64,000 bases of DNA from Candidatus Latescibacterota bacterium (GCA_965217865.1 CBDCJO010000002.1:1632001-1696000), one strand, 5' to 3'; numbered from the stretch's first letter, positions 10,130 to 21,265 are shown. A program made the numbers and translations. The notes: generated from the letters alone by a model not told the origin.

Positions 10130-10969
10130 TCAATTTTTGGCAAACGAAAGGCCCGCGGGGTTTGGAACGAACCCGGCTTCGAATCCTCTTTGAAGAAAAA
10201 GCTCTACAGCCCTACGACCTTGTGGTCCGTAATCCAGCGTCATGTCGTTCACGTACATCCCAACGAACCGGTCCGCCAGCTCCCGATCGACCCCGCGGCC
10301 GAAGCCCAGGGCGTGGTCGAGGGCTTGTTCCCGGTGGGCCAATCCGTACTCAATGCTCCCTCGGATAATATCCGTGATCCGACGGATGTTGTCTGGACCC
10401 AGATCCTTCCTGATCACGTTTCCGCCCAAGGGCAGGGGAAGGCCGGTCTGGTCCCTCCACCAGGCACCCAGGTCAACGACAAGCTGGCAGCCGGAACCTC
10501 CGAACGTCAACTGTCCCTCGTGGATAATCAAACCCGCGTCGACCCTCCCTTCGACGACCGTTTGTATGATTTGATCGAAGGGTACTACCTGATAGTCGAA
10601 ATCACCGAGACAAAGTCTGAGGGCAAGATAAGCGCTCGTCAGGGTGCCGGGAATCGCGATGCGAACCCCGTGCAGGTCATCCAAAGTCATCGCGGTGCGA
10701 GCCACAACCATCGGACCGTACCCGTCGCCCATGCTCGCCCCAGAAGGGATCAGTGCATAATGTTCGAGGATGTGGGCATATGCGTGGATGGAGACGGCCG
10801 TGACTTCGAGCTCACCTTGAATCGCCCTGCGGTTGAGGGTCTCTATGTCTTGCAGGATATGGATAAATTCAAAATCTCCGGTGTCGACCAATCCCTTGGC
10901 GAGGGCATAAAACATGAAGGCATCGTCGGAATCCGGGCTGTGGCCGAGGCGAATGGTCTGTTTGGACAT
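10130..10969 (-). CDS. mqnD: 1,4-dihydroxy-6-naphthoate synthase (futalosine menaquinone pathway)
   Basis: GHSPDSDDAFMF, DIETLN, GDGYGP, IIHEGQLT, DLGAWW..TGLPLPLG, MYVN. Confidence 0.88.
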   Translation of the reverse strand: MSKQTIRLGHSPDSDDAFMFYALAKGLVDTGDFEFIHILQDIETLNRRAIQGELEVTAVSIHAYAHILEHYALIPSGASMGDGYGPMVVARTAMTLDDLHGVRIAIPGTLTSAYLALRLCLGDFDYQVVPFDQIIQTVVEGRVDAGLIIHEGQLTFGGSGCQLVVDLGAWWRDQTGLPLPLGGNVIRKDLGPDNIRRITDIIRGSIEYGLAHREQALDHALGFGRGVDRELADRFVGMYVNDMTLDYGPQGRRAVELFLQRGFEAGFVPNPAGLSFAKN

Positions 10970-11024
10970 AAAAACCCTCAATTTTAAAAATGGGCAACTA
11001 TTATACCCCGGGCCCTATGGTTTG

Positions 11025-11549
11025 TCAACCCTTATTCTCCAACGCTTCACCCATCCTCCGATAGGATTGGATTGTCGTGTCATCGAAACAGACAAAGACA
11101 ATTTTTTCGACCCCGGTATACTCAAAAAGGAATTTTCTCGCCTGGGTTAAAGCAATCCGAGTTGCCAGTTCCAACGGAAAACGATAAGCCCCCGTACTGA
11201 TAGCAGGGAATGCAACAGTCCTTATCTTGTACTTTTTGACCAACCGGAAGCAGTTGATGTAGCAGGACGCCAGCAGATTTTCCTCGTTGTTGTTTCCCCC
11301 TGCCCATACCGGACCTACGGTGTGGATAACCCACCCTGCTGAGAGATTATATCCACGTGTGATCTTCGCCTCTCCGGTGGGACATCCGTTTAGCGTTCGG
11401 CACTCATTCAGAAGTTCCGGACCGGCTGCCCTGTGGATGGCCCCGTCAACGCCTCCTCCTCCCAGAAGCGTTTGGTTCGCTGCGTTCACGATTGCGTCTA
11501 CATCCATGTGCGTGATGTCCCCCTTTACGATCTCGATTTCATGTTCCAT
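11025..11549 (-). CDS. Macro-domain O-acetyl-ADP-ribose deacetylase (YmdB-like)
   Basis: GDIT, IVNAAN, GGGGVDGAIH, IHTVGP, AFPAISTGAY. Confidence 0.93.
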   Translation of the reverse strand: MEHEIEIVKGDITHMDVDAIVNAANQTLLGGGGVDGAIHRAAGPELLNECRTLNGCPTGEAKITRGYNLSAGWVIHTVGPVWAGGNNNEENLLASCYINCFRLVKKYKIRTVAFPAISTGAYRFPLELATRIALTQARKFLFEYTGVEKIVFVCFDDTTIQSYRRMGEALENKG

Positions 11550-11960
11550 ATCCGGCTCCTCGTGTTATGGGTAATCCCTTATGAATACTGAGAAATAGAT
11601 ATATTTTGATCCGATCCGGAGCGGTATAAAATCCTTGACGTCAGGATACGGATGGCCTATCTTTCAGGTGATTAGAGTTGATCTAAGGTTCCCCACCCAA
11701 ATCAGCTGTATGGTCATATCGTCCGCACCCTGGGCGAATTTTCGATTTTCCCCACTACACTTCTCCCCTTCCCCACGAAGCGTAAATCAACTCCTTAATT
11801 CCCTCCGGTTCAATCCCCTACCGGTAGTCGTGTGCGAGTCTGCCCCCACGCGTTCATAAATCTAAAAACTCCCTTTCGTATCGGTCGTACCCTAATAACG
11901 TCTTCGGCTGTTCATTCAAATTTTGCAAGGGATTCTATCATCCTTTTTTTGAGGACTTTT

Positions 11961-14900
11961 ATGCTCTTCAGGCGTATCTCTATCTGCTGTGTCGTTGCCT
12001 TTATCGGCGTGCTGGTGTTTCCTGACGGGATCATCCGAGCCCAGGTAGGCGACGGAATCGACCTGAGCCAAGGTGGCGCGGATGTAGTGATATCCGGATT
12101 GCCTGAAGGAGCGAGTGCTGGGGAGGCTGTATCCGCGGGTGATCTCAACGGAGATGGATTCGAGGATCTGATCGTCGGAGCCCCAGGAAGCACACCTCAA
12201 GGCCGTGTGGGTGCAGGAGCGATCTACATCGTCTATGGCAGGTCAGGCAGCTTTCCCCCGAATTTCGACTTTACGAATCCCATCTTAAGCACGACGGTCA
12301 TCGATGGCGCGGACGCTGGGGCGGGGTTCGGTGCTTCAGTGGCCACGGGGGACCTGAACGGAGATGGATTTAAAGATCTTATCGCCGGCGCACCGGATTC
12401 CGATCCCGACGGAAAGTCAGATGCAGGATCAGTTTTTGTCGTTTATGGCGTCACGGGCAGTCTTCCCCAACACGTGGACCTCGCGGATCCGTCGAGCGGG
12501 GCTCTGCGTATAGATGGGGAAGCTCCGGGGGACAGGTTCGGGGCCTCGGTCAGCTCTGGAAATTCAAACGGGGACGGATTCGAGGACCTGGTCGTAGGTG
12601 CTCCAGGGGCGGATCCGAACGGCCGAATCGATGCGGGGCAAGCATATCTTTACTACGGTGGTCTGGTGTTGAGTGAATCTGTCCGACTGACGGGAAGCGC
12701 CACGAAGGACGGCCTCGGGAGTTCTGTGGCTGTGGGGGAACTGAACCGAGACGGTCTAGACGAATTGGTTCTTGGGGCCCCGTCCGCGACGCCGGTAGGC
12801 GGGACCGGAGCAGGAATCGTATACGTTGTATCCGGACAGTCTACGCCGCTTCCATCTCGGCTTGAATTGGGGACAAGCCCCGCCGGTGTCAGTCGGGTGA
12901 TGGGAGAGAGTCCACGAGATCGAACCGGGAGTTCGGTTGCCGTTGGGGATGTGGATGGCGACCAGATCGGAGACCTCATCATCGGGGCCCGATTGGCAGA
13001 TCCGCCAGGCGGATTCAACGCAGGGGCCGTCTTTATCGTGTATGGCCAGAATGGCGGAGACATTCCCGATATCGACTTGAGCGGTAACCCTCCGGGGGTC
13101 ACCCGGATCTTTGGAGAAGAGGCTAACGACCTGACGGGGCAATCCGTGGCCGCCGGGGACGTCAACGGAGATGGCGTGTCAGATCTGATCCTTGGAGCCC
13201 CCGGGTCTTTCCTGACGGACGACCGTGAGAGCGAAAGCCCGGGAAAGGTCTTCGTCGTATATGGTCGGGCCACCTTTCCGGGTGTGGTCGACCTCAACGC
13301 AAATCCCCCCATGGTCAGTCGGATCCTCGGGGCCAATGGCTACCTTCCCGATTCCGGTTTCAGCGACCGGACTGGGCAGTCGGTCGCATCGGGGGACTTG
13401 AACGGGGACGGCTTCGCCGACCCGATCACGGGTGCTCCGGGGGCGGATCCAAACGATCTGGTCGATGCCGGGAAGGCTTATCTGTTTTTTGCGGGCCCGA
13501 AGCCCGATCTGAGGGTTTCCTCCGGGGGCCTGGCGTTCGGAAACGTTGTGGTGGGACAATCGAAGCAGTCCGACGTGGTCGTTACCAACGGGGGAACGGC
13601 TCTCCTGTTGATCAACACGATCACGGTGAGCAACTCCAAGTTCAAGGCTCTTCCTCCCGGCCCTTACGCCCTCATTGCAGGGGACAGTCTGTTCGTTGGC
13701 GTTACTTTTTCGCCCACGGCCGCAGGGCCTCAGTCTGGCACCTTGACGATCACGACGAGCAACGACCCTGAAAAAGGGGCCGTGACCCTCCCCCTGTCGG
13801 GAACGGGGGCCCAACCCGATATCGACGTTCCGCCTTCGGTTTCGTTCGGGAGTGTCCCCCTGGGTTCCCCTGCGGTCTCCACCCTGTTGATATCCAACCT
13901 GGGCTCCTCAAGTCTCACCGTTCGGAAGATTACATCTTCTGATAATCAATTTGTCACTCAGCCCGACTCGCTGGTGGTGCCTTCCGGAGCCAAGTTGCGC
14001 GTGACGATCATCTTCACGCCGACTGTCCTCGGGGCCACATCCGCCACGCTGTCGCTTTTGAGCGATGACCCGGATGAGGGAAACGTAATCGTCGGGTTAT
14101 CGGGATCTGCGGCCACACCAAAGGTTTCCGCATCCGTGTCAAACCTGACTTTCGGTTCGGTGTTACTCGGTTCCTCGTTCGAATTAACCCTGACGGTCTC
14201 CAACCTGGGGGACGCCGATCTGAGCGTCAGCCAGGTGGCATCGGACAACCCGCAATTTACTGTGTTCCCGACCGCTTTCACCGTCGGCGGGAGCAAAGAC
14301 CAGGAGGTGACGGTCACCTTTACGCCATCGTTAACCGGTCCGCAGACCGTGACCCTCACGCTCAGCACAAACGATCCGATCACACCGACCCTGACCATTA
14401 GTGCAACGGGGGACGGAGGAAGGCAACCTGCGATCGAATTGTCCACATCTCAATTGAATTTCGGAACGGTGGATGTGGGCGCATCGCGTGATACGACCTT
14501 CTTCGTTCACAACCGGGGGGACGGTATCCTAGTGGTCCACTCGGTCGTTGCATCGGACACTCAGTTTGTGCCCCAGCCCGATTCATTCGCGGTGGCAAGT
14601 CAGGACAGCGTTCAGGTGACGCTGAGATTCTCCCCCCAATCGGACAAGGATCTATCGGCAGCCTTACTGATATCCAGCAACGACCTTGCCTCCAGAAATT
14701 CCGTCGTGACGCTTTCAGGCCGGGGGGCGATCCGGGTTGCTTCTGAGGTTTCGGTGGAATCCCTCGAGTTTGGAGAAGTGGAGGTGGGCACGGAAGACAC
14801 GTTGACCTTAACAATCTTCAGCAGCGGGAACGCTTCCCTCATCGTATTTTCGGCTGTCTCCAGCGATTCTCAGTTCGTGGCTGAGATTGATTCTTCAACA

Positions 14901-15756
14901 ATCGCGGGGGGGGGGGGGGGACAGCACCCAGGTGGAGGTGATATTTTCTCCCACCGCTCTCCGAGAGGTGTCCGCCACGCTGACGATTTTGACGAATGAC
15001 TTTATACGGGGGGTCATTCCGGTGGCTCTTGTCGGGAGCGGGGCAAGACCGATGCGCCTTTTTCTCGACCTCGATCCTGCCGTCGGCAATCAGGCGGCCA
15101 CAACAGATACCATACAGGTTAGCTCTTGTTCGGCTTCGATCGGACTCTATCTGGAAAACGCCCTCAACCTTTCCTCTTTCGAGCTCACGCTCAGGCTGGT
15201 TCCAGCAGCCAACCTCATGTTCAATTCGTTCTCGGATGGGGGGCCCGACGAGGAGAACTTTCTTCGCTCTGCTGGTGGTGGGCTTACCCTCTCGGCCGCA
15301 CAAACCGAAATCAATATCGTAAAGGTGAACGGGTCCATATCCAATCCGACTCTTGATACCGCCCCGGATGGGGATGGGTTGCTGGCTGTCCTGAATTTTC
15401 AGACATTCAACACCTCCAATGGATTTTCCGAGGGGGACAGCGCCATCGTTCAATTGGAACAAGCCATCCTAACCCGGCTTGTCAATACGGGTCCGGACAC
15501 CCTCAGCAGTTCCACGGCGGCCAAGCTGGTCTTCAGCAACATCCCGGGGGACTGTAACGCAGATGATATGATCGATATGGACGACTTTTTCCTACTTGCG
15601 GGCTCGTTCGGTGCAGATAAGGAAGCGGCGGCCTACGATCCGATCTGCGATATCAATCGAGACGAGGTAATCGATCTTAATGACTTTTTCCTCCTCGCCG
15701 ATCGGCTGGGAACGCGCGTCGAATCGTGTCGGCAACTGGGGACAGAAATTGAATAG
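11961..15756 (+). CDS. Large secreted protein: signal peptide, FG-GAP beta-propeller, about 5 Ig-like (choice-of-anchor D/ASH-like) repeats, C-terminal dockerin/EF-hand pair. Frameshifted at a G15 tract.
   Basis: Seven GDxNGDGxxDLxxGAP-type repeats and FG.V..G...NxG..L.V..SD..F repeats. ORF 11961-14999 continues in ORF 14887-15756 after the G run. It ends GDCNADDMIDMDDF...DINRDEVIDLNDF. Confidence 0.85.
14906..14920 (+). repeat. Poly-G homopolymer (G15) at the frameshift point
   Basis: ATCGC-G15-ACAGC; G14, G11 or G8 would restore the frame. Confidence 0.95.
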
Positions 15757-15948
15757 GCGGGTTGGGGAGAGGAAATAAACGGCCTTACGTGAATTCCGTC
15801 CGGGAACTCCTCCAGGGCATCCTTCATCGCCGGGTTATGGCGAGATGGGGTGCCCTTTACGTTTTTTAGCTGAAACGCGGATCCAAGGAAGGGTTAGATG
15901 GAAGCGAGGCTCTCAAACTCCGGAAGGACGGCCCAACTAGGCGAATGC

Positions 15949-16806
15949 CTACTTTCCTTTGTAGGCTTTTTTAAGAGCCTCTTTCTGACTCTCAGACAGG
16001 CCTTCGATCGCCTTGGCCCCTCGCCGGGTTTCAGCCTGAATGGACTTCTCGACGGCCTGCTCGAGTTTTGAGGACATCCATCCGGGAAGCTTTTGAAGGA
16101 GAACGACAACGATGGAAGCGACCAGGCAGACCAGCGAGATGACGACATAAAGCGAATAATTCTGAGATTTACGCGGTCGGCGAGGTCTGCGTCGGTGGGG
16201 TGTCAGGTGGGATGCGGCTTCGCCCGGAGCAGAGGCGGGGGGGGTTGGAATATCCTGATCTATTGCCGAGACAATCGGTATCGAGTCAGAATCCGATGGA
16301 ACCGGCTCCGGAGTGCCGACAGGGGGCCTGGAGGGTTCCGGGACTGGAGGGGGAGAGGGATCGGCTCTCGGGGTTTGCATGGCCTCCGCCGCCGCCTCCG
16401 AGGGGGTGGAGACTGGCGTCCCAGGGACGGATGGCCCCAGGACGCTGTTGACTGTATCGACCAGATCGTTCAGTCGAAATGGCTTGGCAACGAATGCGTT
16501 TGCGCCCTTTTTACCAAGTTCCTGTTTTTTCTCTTCGTTAAGGTATGCCGATATGATGATGACGGGCAGGGTATGTCCGTGTTCACGAATGAACTCCAGC
16601 ACCGACTCACCCTGGATGGTCTGCATATGGAGGTCAAGGAGGATCAGGTCCGGGGGGTTATGGGTGATCTGTTCGAGGGCTTCAGTCCATTGGGAGGTAG
16701 TCACGGGTTCGAAGTCCAGAGACCGAAAATAGTCGTCAAGCAACTCCAGGATCCCGGGTTCGTCATCGAGGATCAGGATTCGCCTGGATCGGATTTTGGT
16801 TTCCAT
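15949..16806 (-). CDS. Membrane-anchored response regulator (REC, Pro-rich linker, TM helix)
   Basis: ILILDDE, LLDLHM, IISA, AKPF; Pro-rich linker; hydrophobic LYVVISLVCLVASIVVVLL. Confidence 0.85.
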   Translation of the reverse strand: METKIRSRRILILDDEPGILELLDDYFRSLDFEPVTTSQWTEALEQITHNPPDLILLDLHMQTIQGESVLEFIREHGHTLPVIIISAYLNEEKKQELGKKGANAFVAKPFRLNDLVDTVNSVLGPSVPGTPVSTPSEAAAEAMQTPRADPSPPPVPEPSRPPVGTPEPVPSDSDSIPIVSAIDQDIPTPPASAPGEAASHLTPHRRRPRRPRKSQNYSLYVVISLVCLVASIVVVLLQKLPGWMSSKLEQAVEKSIQAETRRGAKAIEGLSESQKEALKKAYKGK

Positions 16807-17073
16807 AAACGTGAGAGTCTTTGAGAATTTAGATGGGATTCGATCCTTGAAATATTAATAAATCCGCCAAGTGTTGTCGACCGAAGATATTGGTCGGGAA
16901 ACGTGAAACGTGAGACGGGAAAGGCAGTGGCAGGTGGCTGTATCAGGAAAGCCAAAGGCAGGGAACGGAGGAAATTGAAGATCAAAGAGATCAAGAAGAC
17001 CACAATAAAGTTCTGGGTTGGTTAAATATTCAATATTTAATGAATTTGCCCTTGTGTTCCGATTAGTTTCACC

Positions 17074-17102
17074 TTGACAAAAACCCGAGTGTCTCTTATA
17101 AT
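17074..17102 (+). promoter_or_regulatory. Consensus sigma70 promoter of the hrcA operon
   Basis: TTGACA-17 bp-TATAAT, an exact consensus about 50 bp upstream of the ATG. Confidence 0.85.
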
Positions 17103-17151
17103 TTTCGTTAACTTATTCATCCAGTCCTTTCAGAAAAGGTTGAAGGATAAG

Positions 17152-18186
17152 ATGGATATCTCCGAACGTGAAAATATAATCCTTGGGGCCTTGGTGGATA
17201 CCCATATCGCCAATGGGGAGCCTGTGGGATCACGGACGATCTCAAAAACAGGCGTGGGGATCAGTCCGGCTACAATCCGAAATACGATGGTAGACCTGGA
17301 GGAGAAGGGGTTGATCTATCAACCGCATACTTCGGCCGGTCGGGTCCCGACGGATCAAGGCTATCGATGTTATGTCGATCATCTGATGCCCTCTGAGGCG
17401 CTTGAGGAAGCCCAAGCGAAGGGGATCCGGACAAAGCTGCTGGCGTCACTTCAGGATGAGGACGCGGAAGAAATCCTGGAACAGATCTCACGGATTATCG
17501 CCGACACCTCACTCCAGTTGGGTGTTGTCCTCTCCCCCCGATTTGAGCAAGGGGTTTTTCACAGGCTCGAACTGATTCCCCTGACAGAACGGCGGATTAT
17601 GGTCGTCCTGTCGATCGAATCTGGCCTGGTCAGGACGATGGTCATCGAAGTGGCCAGTCCGTTCGAGATTGCCCATTTGTCCCTCACAACCCAGGCGCTC
17701 AACGAAAGGCTCTCCGGTCTTACGATTGGAGAATTGCAAAAAGAAGCCCGGGAACGTCTTAGAGACGTCCCGCGTGGGGATCCCAAGTTGCTTCGGGTCA
17801 TCCTGGATGAGACTGCGTCGATGTTTTCCCACAGCCAAAGCGGAGACCTCCACTTAGGGGGAACCGGAAATATTTTCAGGCAGCCTGATTTTCAAGATCG
17901 CGAGGCCTTGGTCGGAATCTTTAACTTGTTGGAGGCCAGGGAACCGATAGTCGATGTCCTGGAAGGGCGAACGGAGAAAGAGGGTGTTACGATAACGATC
18001 GGCAACGAGAATTGTGGGCTTCCTGAAATCCGATCTTGCAGTGTCGTGACCTCCAGATACCGGGTTGGCGGCGCATCGGGCTTGGTGGGCATCATCGGCC
18101 CAAAGCGTATGCGTTATCCATTGATATCCTCTCTGGTTCGATTTGTCGCCCAGATTACCGAAGAGCTTTTCAATCAGAAGTCCTGA
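17152..18186 (+). CDS. hrcA: Heat-inducible transcription repressor HrcA
   Basis: EPVGS, SPATIRN, QPHTSAGRVPTDQGYR, IIGPKRMRY. Confidence 0.96.
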   Translation: MDISERENIILGALVDTHIANGEPVGSRTISKTGVGISPATIRNTMVDLEEKGLIYQPHTSAGRVPTDQGYRCYVDHLMPSEALEEAQAKGIRTKLLASLQDEDAEEILEQISRIIADTSLQLGVVLSPRFEQGVFHRLELIPLTERRIMVVLSIESGLVRTMVIEVASPFEIAHLSLTTQALNERLSGLTIGELQKEARERLRDVPRGDPKLLRVILDETASMFSHSQSGDLHLGGTGNIFRQPDFQDREALVGIFNLLEAREPIVDVLEGRTEKEGVTITIGNENCGLPEIRSCSVVTSRYRVGGASGLVGIIGPKRMRYPLISSLVRFVAQITEELFNQKS

Positions 18187-18292
18187 GGGAAGTCACCCCC
18201 CCGGCAATATATTGTTTCCATGTTCCGCGTCGGAAGTGAGGTTCTATGATACAATCCGACGCGGACGGCTTTTTTTTGGAGGAACATTACAG

Positions 18293-18985
18293 GTGAAGAA
18301 AGAGGTTGGAAAGCTGGAACAAGAAATGCCGGATGATAAAAAAACAGAAACCACCGAACTGGTCGTCAATCAGGCCGCAGATTCAAAAAAGGTGAAAGAA
18401 AAGGGACTGAACGATAAGGGGGGGAAAAAGACATCCGCATCCTCAGAGAATGAGCTGGATGCCAAGGTAGACCCGATCCCAGCGTTGGAGAGTGAGCTAG
18501 AGAGCGCTAAGGCGGAGTCCCTGGAGAATCATGACCGATACATCCGAAAGGTTGCTGAGTTCGAAAACTACCGTCGCAGAAAAGAGCGTGAGTTCGGGGA
18601 ATTGATCCGGTCATCGAATCGCGATTTAATCACGCGATTGCTGCCCGTCCTGGAGAATTTCGAACGTGCGATGAACCACACTGAAGTCGGCGGGAGTTTT
18701 GACAATTATCGAAAGGGTGTTGAGATGATCTTCACCCAGTTCAAAGATTTGCTCAGTGTTGAAGGCTTGGCGCCAATAGAATCCGTAGGCAAACCCTTTG
18801 ATCCCAACCTCCACGAAGCCCTTTTGCAGATCCCATCTGATGATTACGATGAAGGGGTCGTCTGCGAGGAAACCGAAAGGGGTTACCTTTTGGGGGATCG
18901 TGTGATCCGACATGCCAAGGTGGTTGTGAGCATCGGGGCTCAAACTGAAGAGTTGGGAGTTGAAAGCGCCAAACGGGACGAATAA
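18293..18985 (+). CDS. grpE: Nucleotide exchange factor GrpE
   Basis: AEFENYRRR, LLPVLENFERA, FDPNLHEA, GYLLGDRVIRHAKVVV. GTG start inferred from GGAGG. Confidence 0.95.
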   Translation: MKKEVGKLEQEMPDDKKTETTELVVNQAADSKKVKEKGLNDKGGKKTSASSENELDAKVDPIPALESELESAKAESLENHDRYIRKVAEFENYRRRKEREFGELIRSSNRDLITRLLPVLENFERAMNHTEVGGSFDNYRKGVEMIFTQFKDLLSVEGLAPIESVGKPFDPNLHEALLQIPSDDYDEGVVCEETERGYLLGDRVIRHAKVVVSIGAQTEELGVESAKRDE

Positions 18986-18990
18986 ATCTT

Positions 18991-20151
18991 ATGTCTTCAA
19001 AAAGAGATTATTACGAAGTCCTTGAATTAGATCGAAACGCCTCGGAAAGCGAGATCAAAAAGGCCTATCGTAAACAGGCGATGAGATATCACCCCGATCG
19101 AAATCTGGGGGACAAGGAAGCCGAGGCAAAATTCAAAGAGGGTGCCGAGGCTTTCGAGGTGTTAAGCAACCCCGATAAAAAGCAGACCTATGACCAATTC
19201 GGACACGCTGGGCTGGAAGGCGCATTCCGTGGCGGAGGGTTCCAGTGGACCGACTTCACCCACGCGGGCGACTTTAGCGATATCTTCGAAAATCTTGATA
19301 GTATATTTGGAGGCGGAATTTTCGGACATATTTTCGGGGGTGGAAAAAGCGCACGCCAGGGCCCTCCAAGGGGTGAGGATCTTCGAGTATCGTTGGAATT
19401 GACCTTGGAAGAGATCGCAAAAGGGGTTCAGAAGAAGATCAGGATCAATCGGCTCCAGGGTTGCGATCGCTGCGGGGGTACCGGCAGCGAAGGGGGGAAA
19501 GAACCTGAGACGTGCTCCACGTGCGGCGGGATAGGGCAAGTCCGGCAGGCAACACGATCTATTTTCGGACAGTCTATGGTCGTGACGACCTGTCCGACGT
19601 GCAGAGGGGAGGGGCGGGTCGTTGAGAGCCCGTGTGATTTATGCGGGGGAGAAGGGAGGGTTCGTGGCACCGCCACCCTGTCAGTTAATATCCCGGCAGG
19701 GGTCGCCTCGGGGAACTATTTGCCCATAAGGGGCCAAGGAAATGTGGGCCTTCGAGGGGGGCCTCCAGGGGATTGTATTATCTTCACAGAGGAGAAGCCA
19801 CACGATCTGTTTGAGCGACACGGCAACGATGTCATATATGACCTGGCGATCAGTTTCAGCCAGGCGGCTTTGGGTGATGAGACAGAGGTCCCGACCTTGA
19901 CGGGTCAGATGCGTCTAAAAATTCCTCCCGGCACGCAGTCTGGAAAGATTTTTCGCATCAGGGGGAAGGGGATTCCCGATGTCAATGGGTACCAGACCGG
20001 GGATGAGCTGGTGCGGGTGATGGTGTGGACGCCAACGAAGTTGTCTAAACGGGAAGAGGAGCTGTTTCAGGAATTGTCAGGACTTGATAATGGGAAAACG
20101 CCCGCGAGCGGGAAGGGCCTTTTTGAAAAGATGAAGGGTGTATTCGGGTAG
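18991..20151 (+). CDS. dnaJ: Chaperone DnaJ
   Basis: J-domain with HPD, G/F region, four CxxCxGxG zinc-finger repeats. Confidence 0.97.
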   Translation: MSSKRDYYEVLELDRNASESEIKKAYRKQAMRYHPDRNLGDKEAEAKFKEGAEAFEVLSNPDKKQTYDQFGHAGLEGAFRGGGFQWTDFTHAGDFSDIFENLDSIFGGGIFGHIFGGGKSARQGPPRGEDLRVSLELTLEEIAKGVQKKIRINRLQGCDRCGGTGSEGGKEPETCSTCGGIGQVRQATRSIFGQSMVVTTCPTCRGEGRVVESPCDLCGGEGRVRGTATLSVNIPAGVASGNYLPIRGQGNVGLRGGPPGDCIIFTEEKPHDLFERHGNDVIYDLAISFSQAALGDETEVPTLTGQMRLKIPPGTQSGKIFRIRGKGIPDVNGYQTGDELVRVMVWTPTKLSKREEELFQELSGLDNGKTPASGKGLFEKMKGVFG

Positions 20152-20199
20152 GCCTTCGAGCTCCAGCTTGGTTTCACGGTGGGCGGCGGATTCAGAACG

Positions 20200-20224
20200 G
20201 GCGACCAAGCGGTCGCCTTTTTTT
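20200..20224 (+). terminator. Rho-independent terminator after dnaJ
   Basis: GGCGACC-AAGC-GGTCGCC followed by T7. Confidence 0.8.
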
Positions 20225-20272
20225 ATAAAACACGGGTTCATCTGTAGTCCCTTTGCATTATGAGGGTCAAAC

Positions 20273-21265
20273 GTGGAACTTAACTGGTACTGGGGGGCGG
20301 CCATTCTCGGGTTGGGGGCGTTCTGGATCCAACTGATATTGTCTTTCCGTGCACGGGCAAACAAGATGAAGCCTCAGGGTGAAAAGATCAAGAAAGCTCT
20401 TTCAGAAATGGAGGCGAATACCCAAGAAGCCCGACAGGAAGCCGATGAGACCCGGAAGCGGATCGAAGAGATGGAGAAAGCGTTCGAGGTCGCAGATCAG
20501 AAACGCCTGGATGTGATAGGTAGGCTAGACCGTTATCAGATGGTCCTGATACCGGCCGGGGATTGTCGAATCGGGAGTTCTGACGGGCCGAAACACGAAC
20601 AACCTAACCATCATGTGCATCTCGATGGATTCCTTATCGACCGTTATCCCGTAACGAACGTCCAGTACAAACAATACTTAGACATTACCGGACAAAAGAC
20701 GCCGCCCCATTGGTTTGGGGGCACCTATCCGATAGAACAGGCCAACCACCCTGTTGTCAACGTGGGTTTTCAGGAAGCCCGCGACTTTGCGGAATGGATG
20801 GGGAAACGCCTTCCTACTGAGGCCGAGTGGGAGAAAGCCGCCCGAGGGCCGGACGGGCGGACTTATCCATGGGGGGTTGCTTTCCACAAGGAGCGCCTGA
20901 ATAGTGGGAACGATCCGGGTCAGACTACACCCGTTGATAAATACCGGGATGGAGGAAGCCAATATGGTGTGATGGACATGTGTGGAAATGTGTCGGAATG
21001 GACCGTAGATTGGTACGATGAGGAGTATTACAAGGAATCACCGTCTTCAAACCCGGAAGGACCCGAGACGGGGAAATTCAAAGTCATCAAGGGGGGATTT
21101 TTCGGTGAAACCATCATGGGTGTCAGGGCGGCCTGCCGTGCATTCTATCCACCCGCCAACGGTCGAGACAATCTGGGATTCAGATGCGCCAAAACCCCGG
21201 GCGAGAAACCTCCCAAACCTCAAGATAAAGAGAAATCTTCTTCCCAACCCGAAAAACGTGAATAA
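20273..21265 (+). CDS. SUMF1/EgtB/PvdO (FGE-like) domain protein with N-terminal TM and coiled coil
   Basis: PVTN.QY, HPVVNV, RLPTEAEWEKAARG, DMCGNVSEW, LGFRC. No catalytic FGE cysteine pair. Confidence 0.88.
   Translation: MELNWYWGAAILGLGAFWIQLILSFRARANKMKPQGEKIKKALSEMEANTQEARQEADETRKRIEEMEKAFEVADQKRLDVIGRLDRYQMVLIPAGDCRIGSSDGPKHEQPNHHVHLDGFLIDRYPVTNVQYKQYLDITGQKTPPHWFGGTYPIEQANHPVVNVGFQEARDFAEWMGKRLPTEAEWEKAARGPDGRTYPWGVAFHKERLNSGNDPGQTTPVDKYRDGGSQYGVMDMCGNVSEWTVDWYDEEYYKESPSSNPEGPETGKFKVIKGGFFGETIMGVRAACRAFYPPANGRDNLGFRCAKTPGEKPPKPQDKEKSSSQPEKRE

Noticed and set aside
20273-21265. FGE-like (CLec-fold) protein as a diversity-generating retroelement target
   Set aside because: No template repeat of its 3' end and no reverse transcriptase seen in the window.
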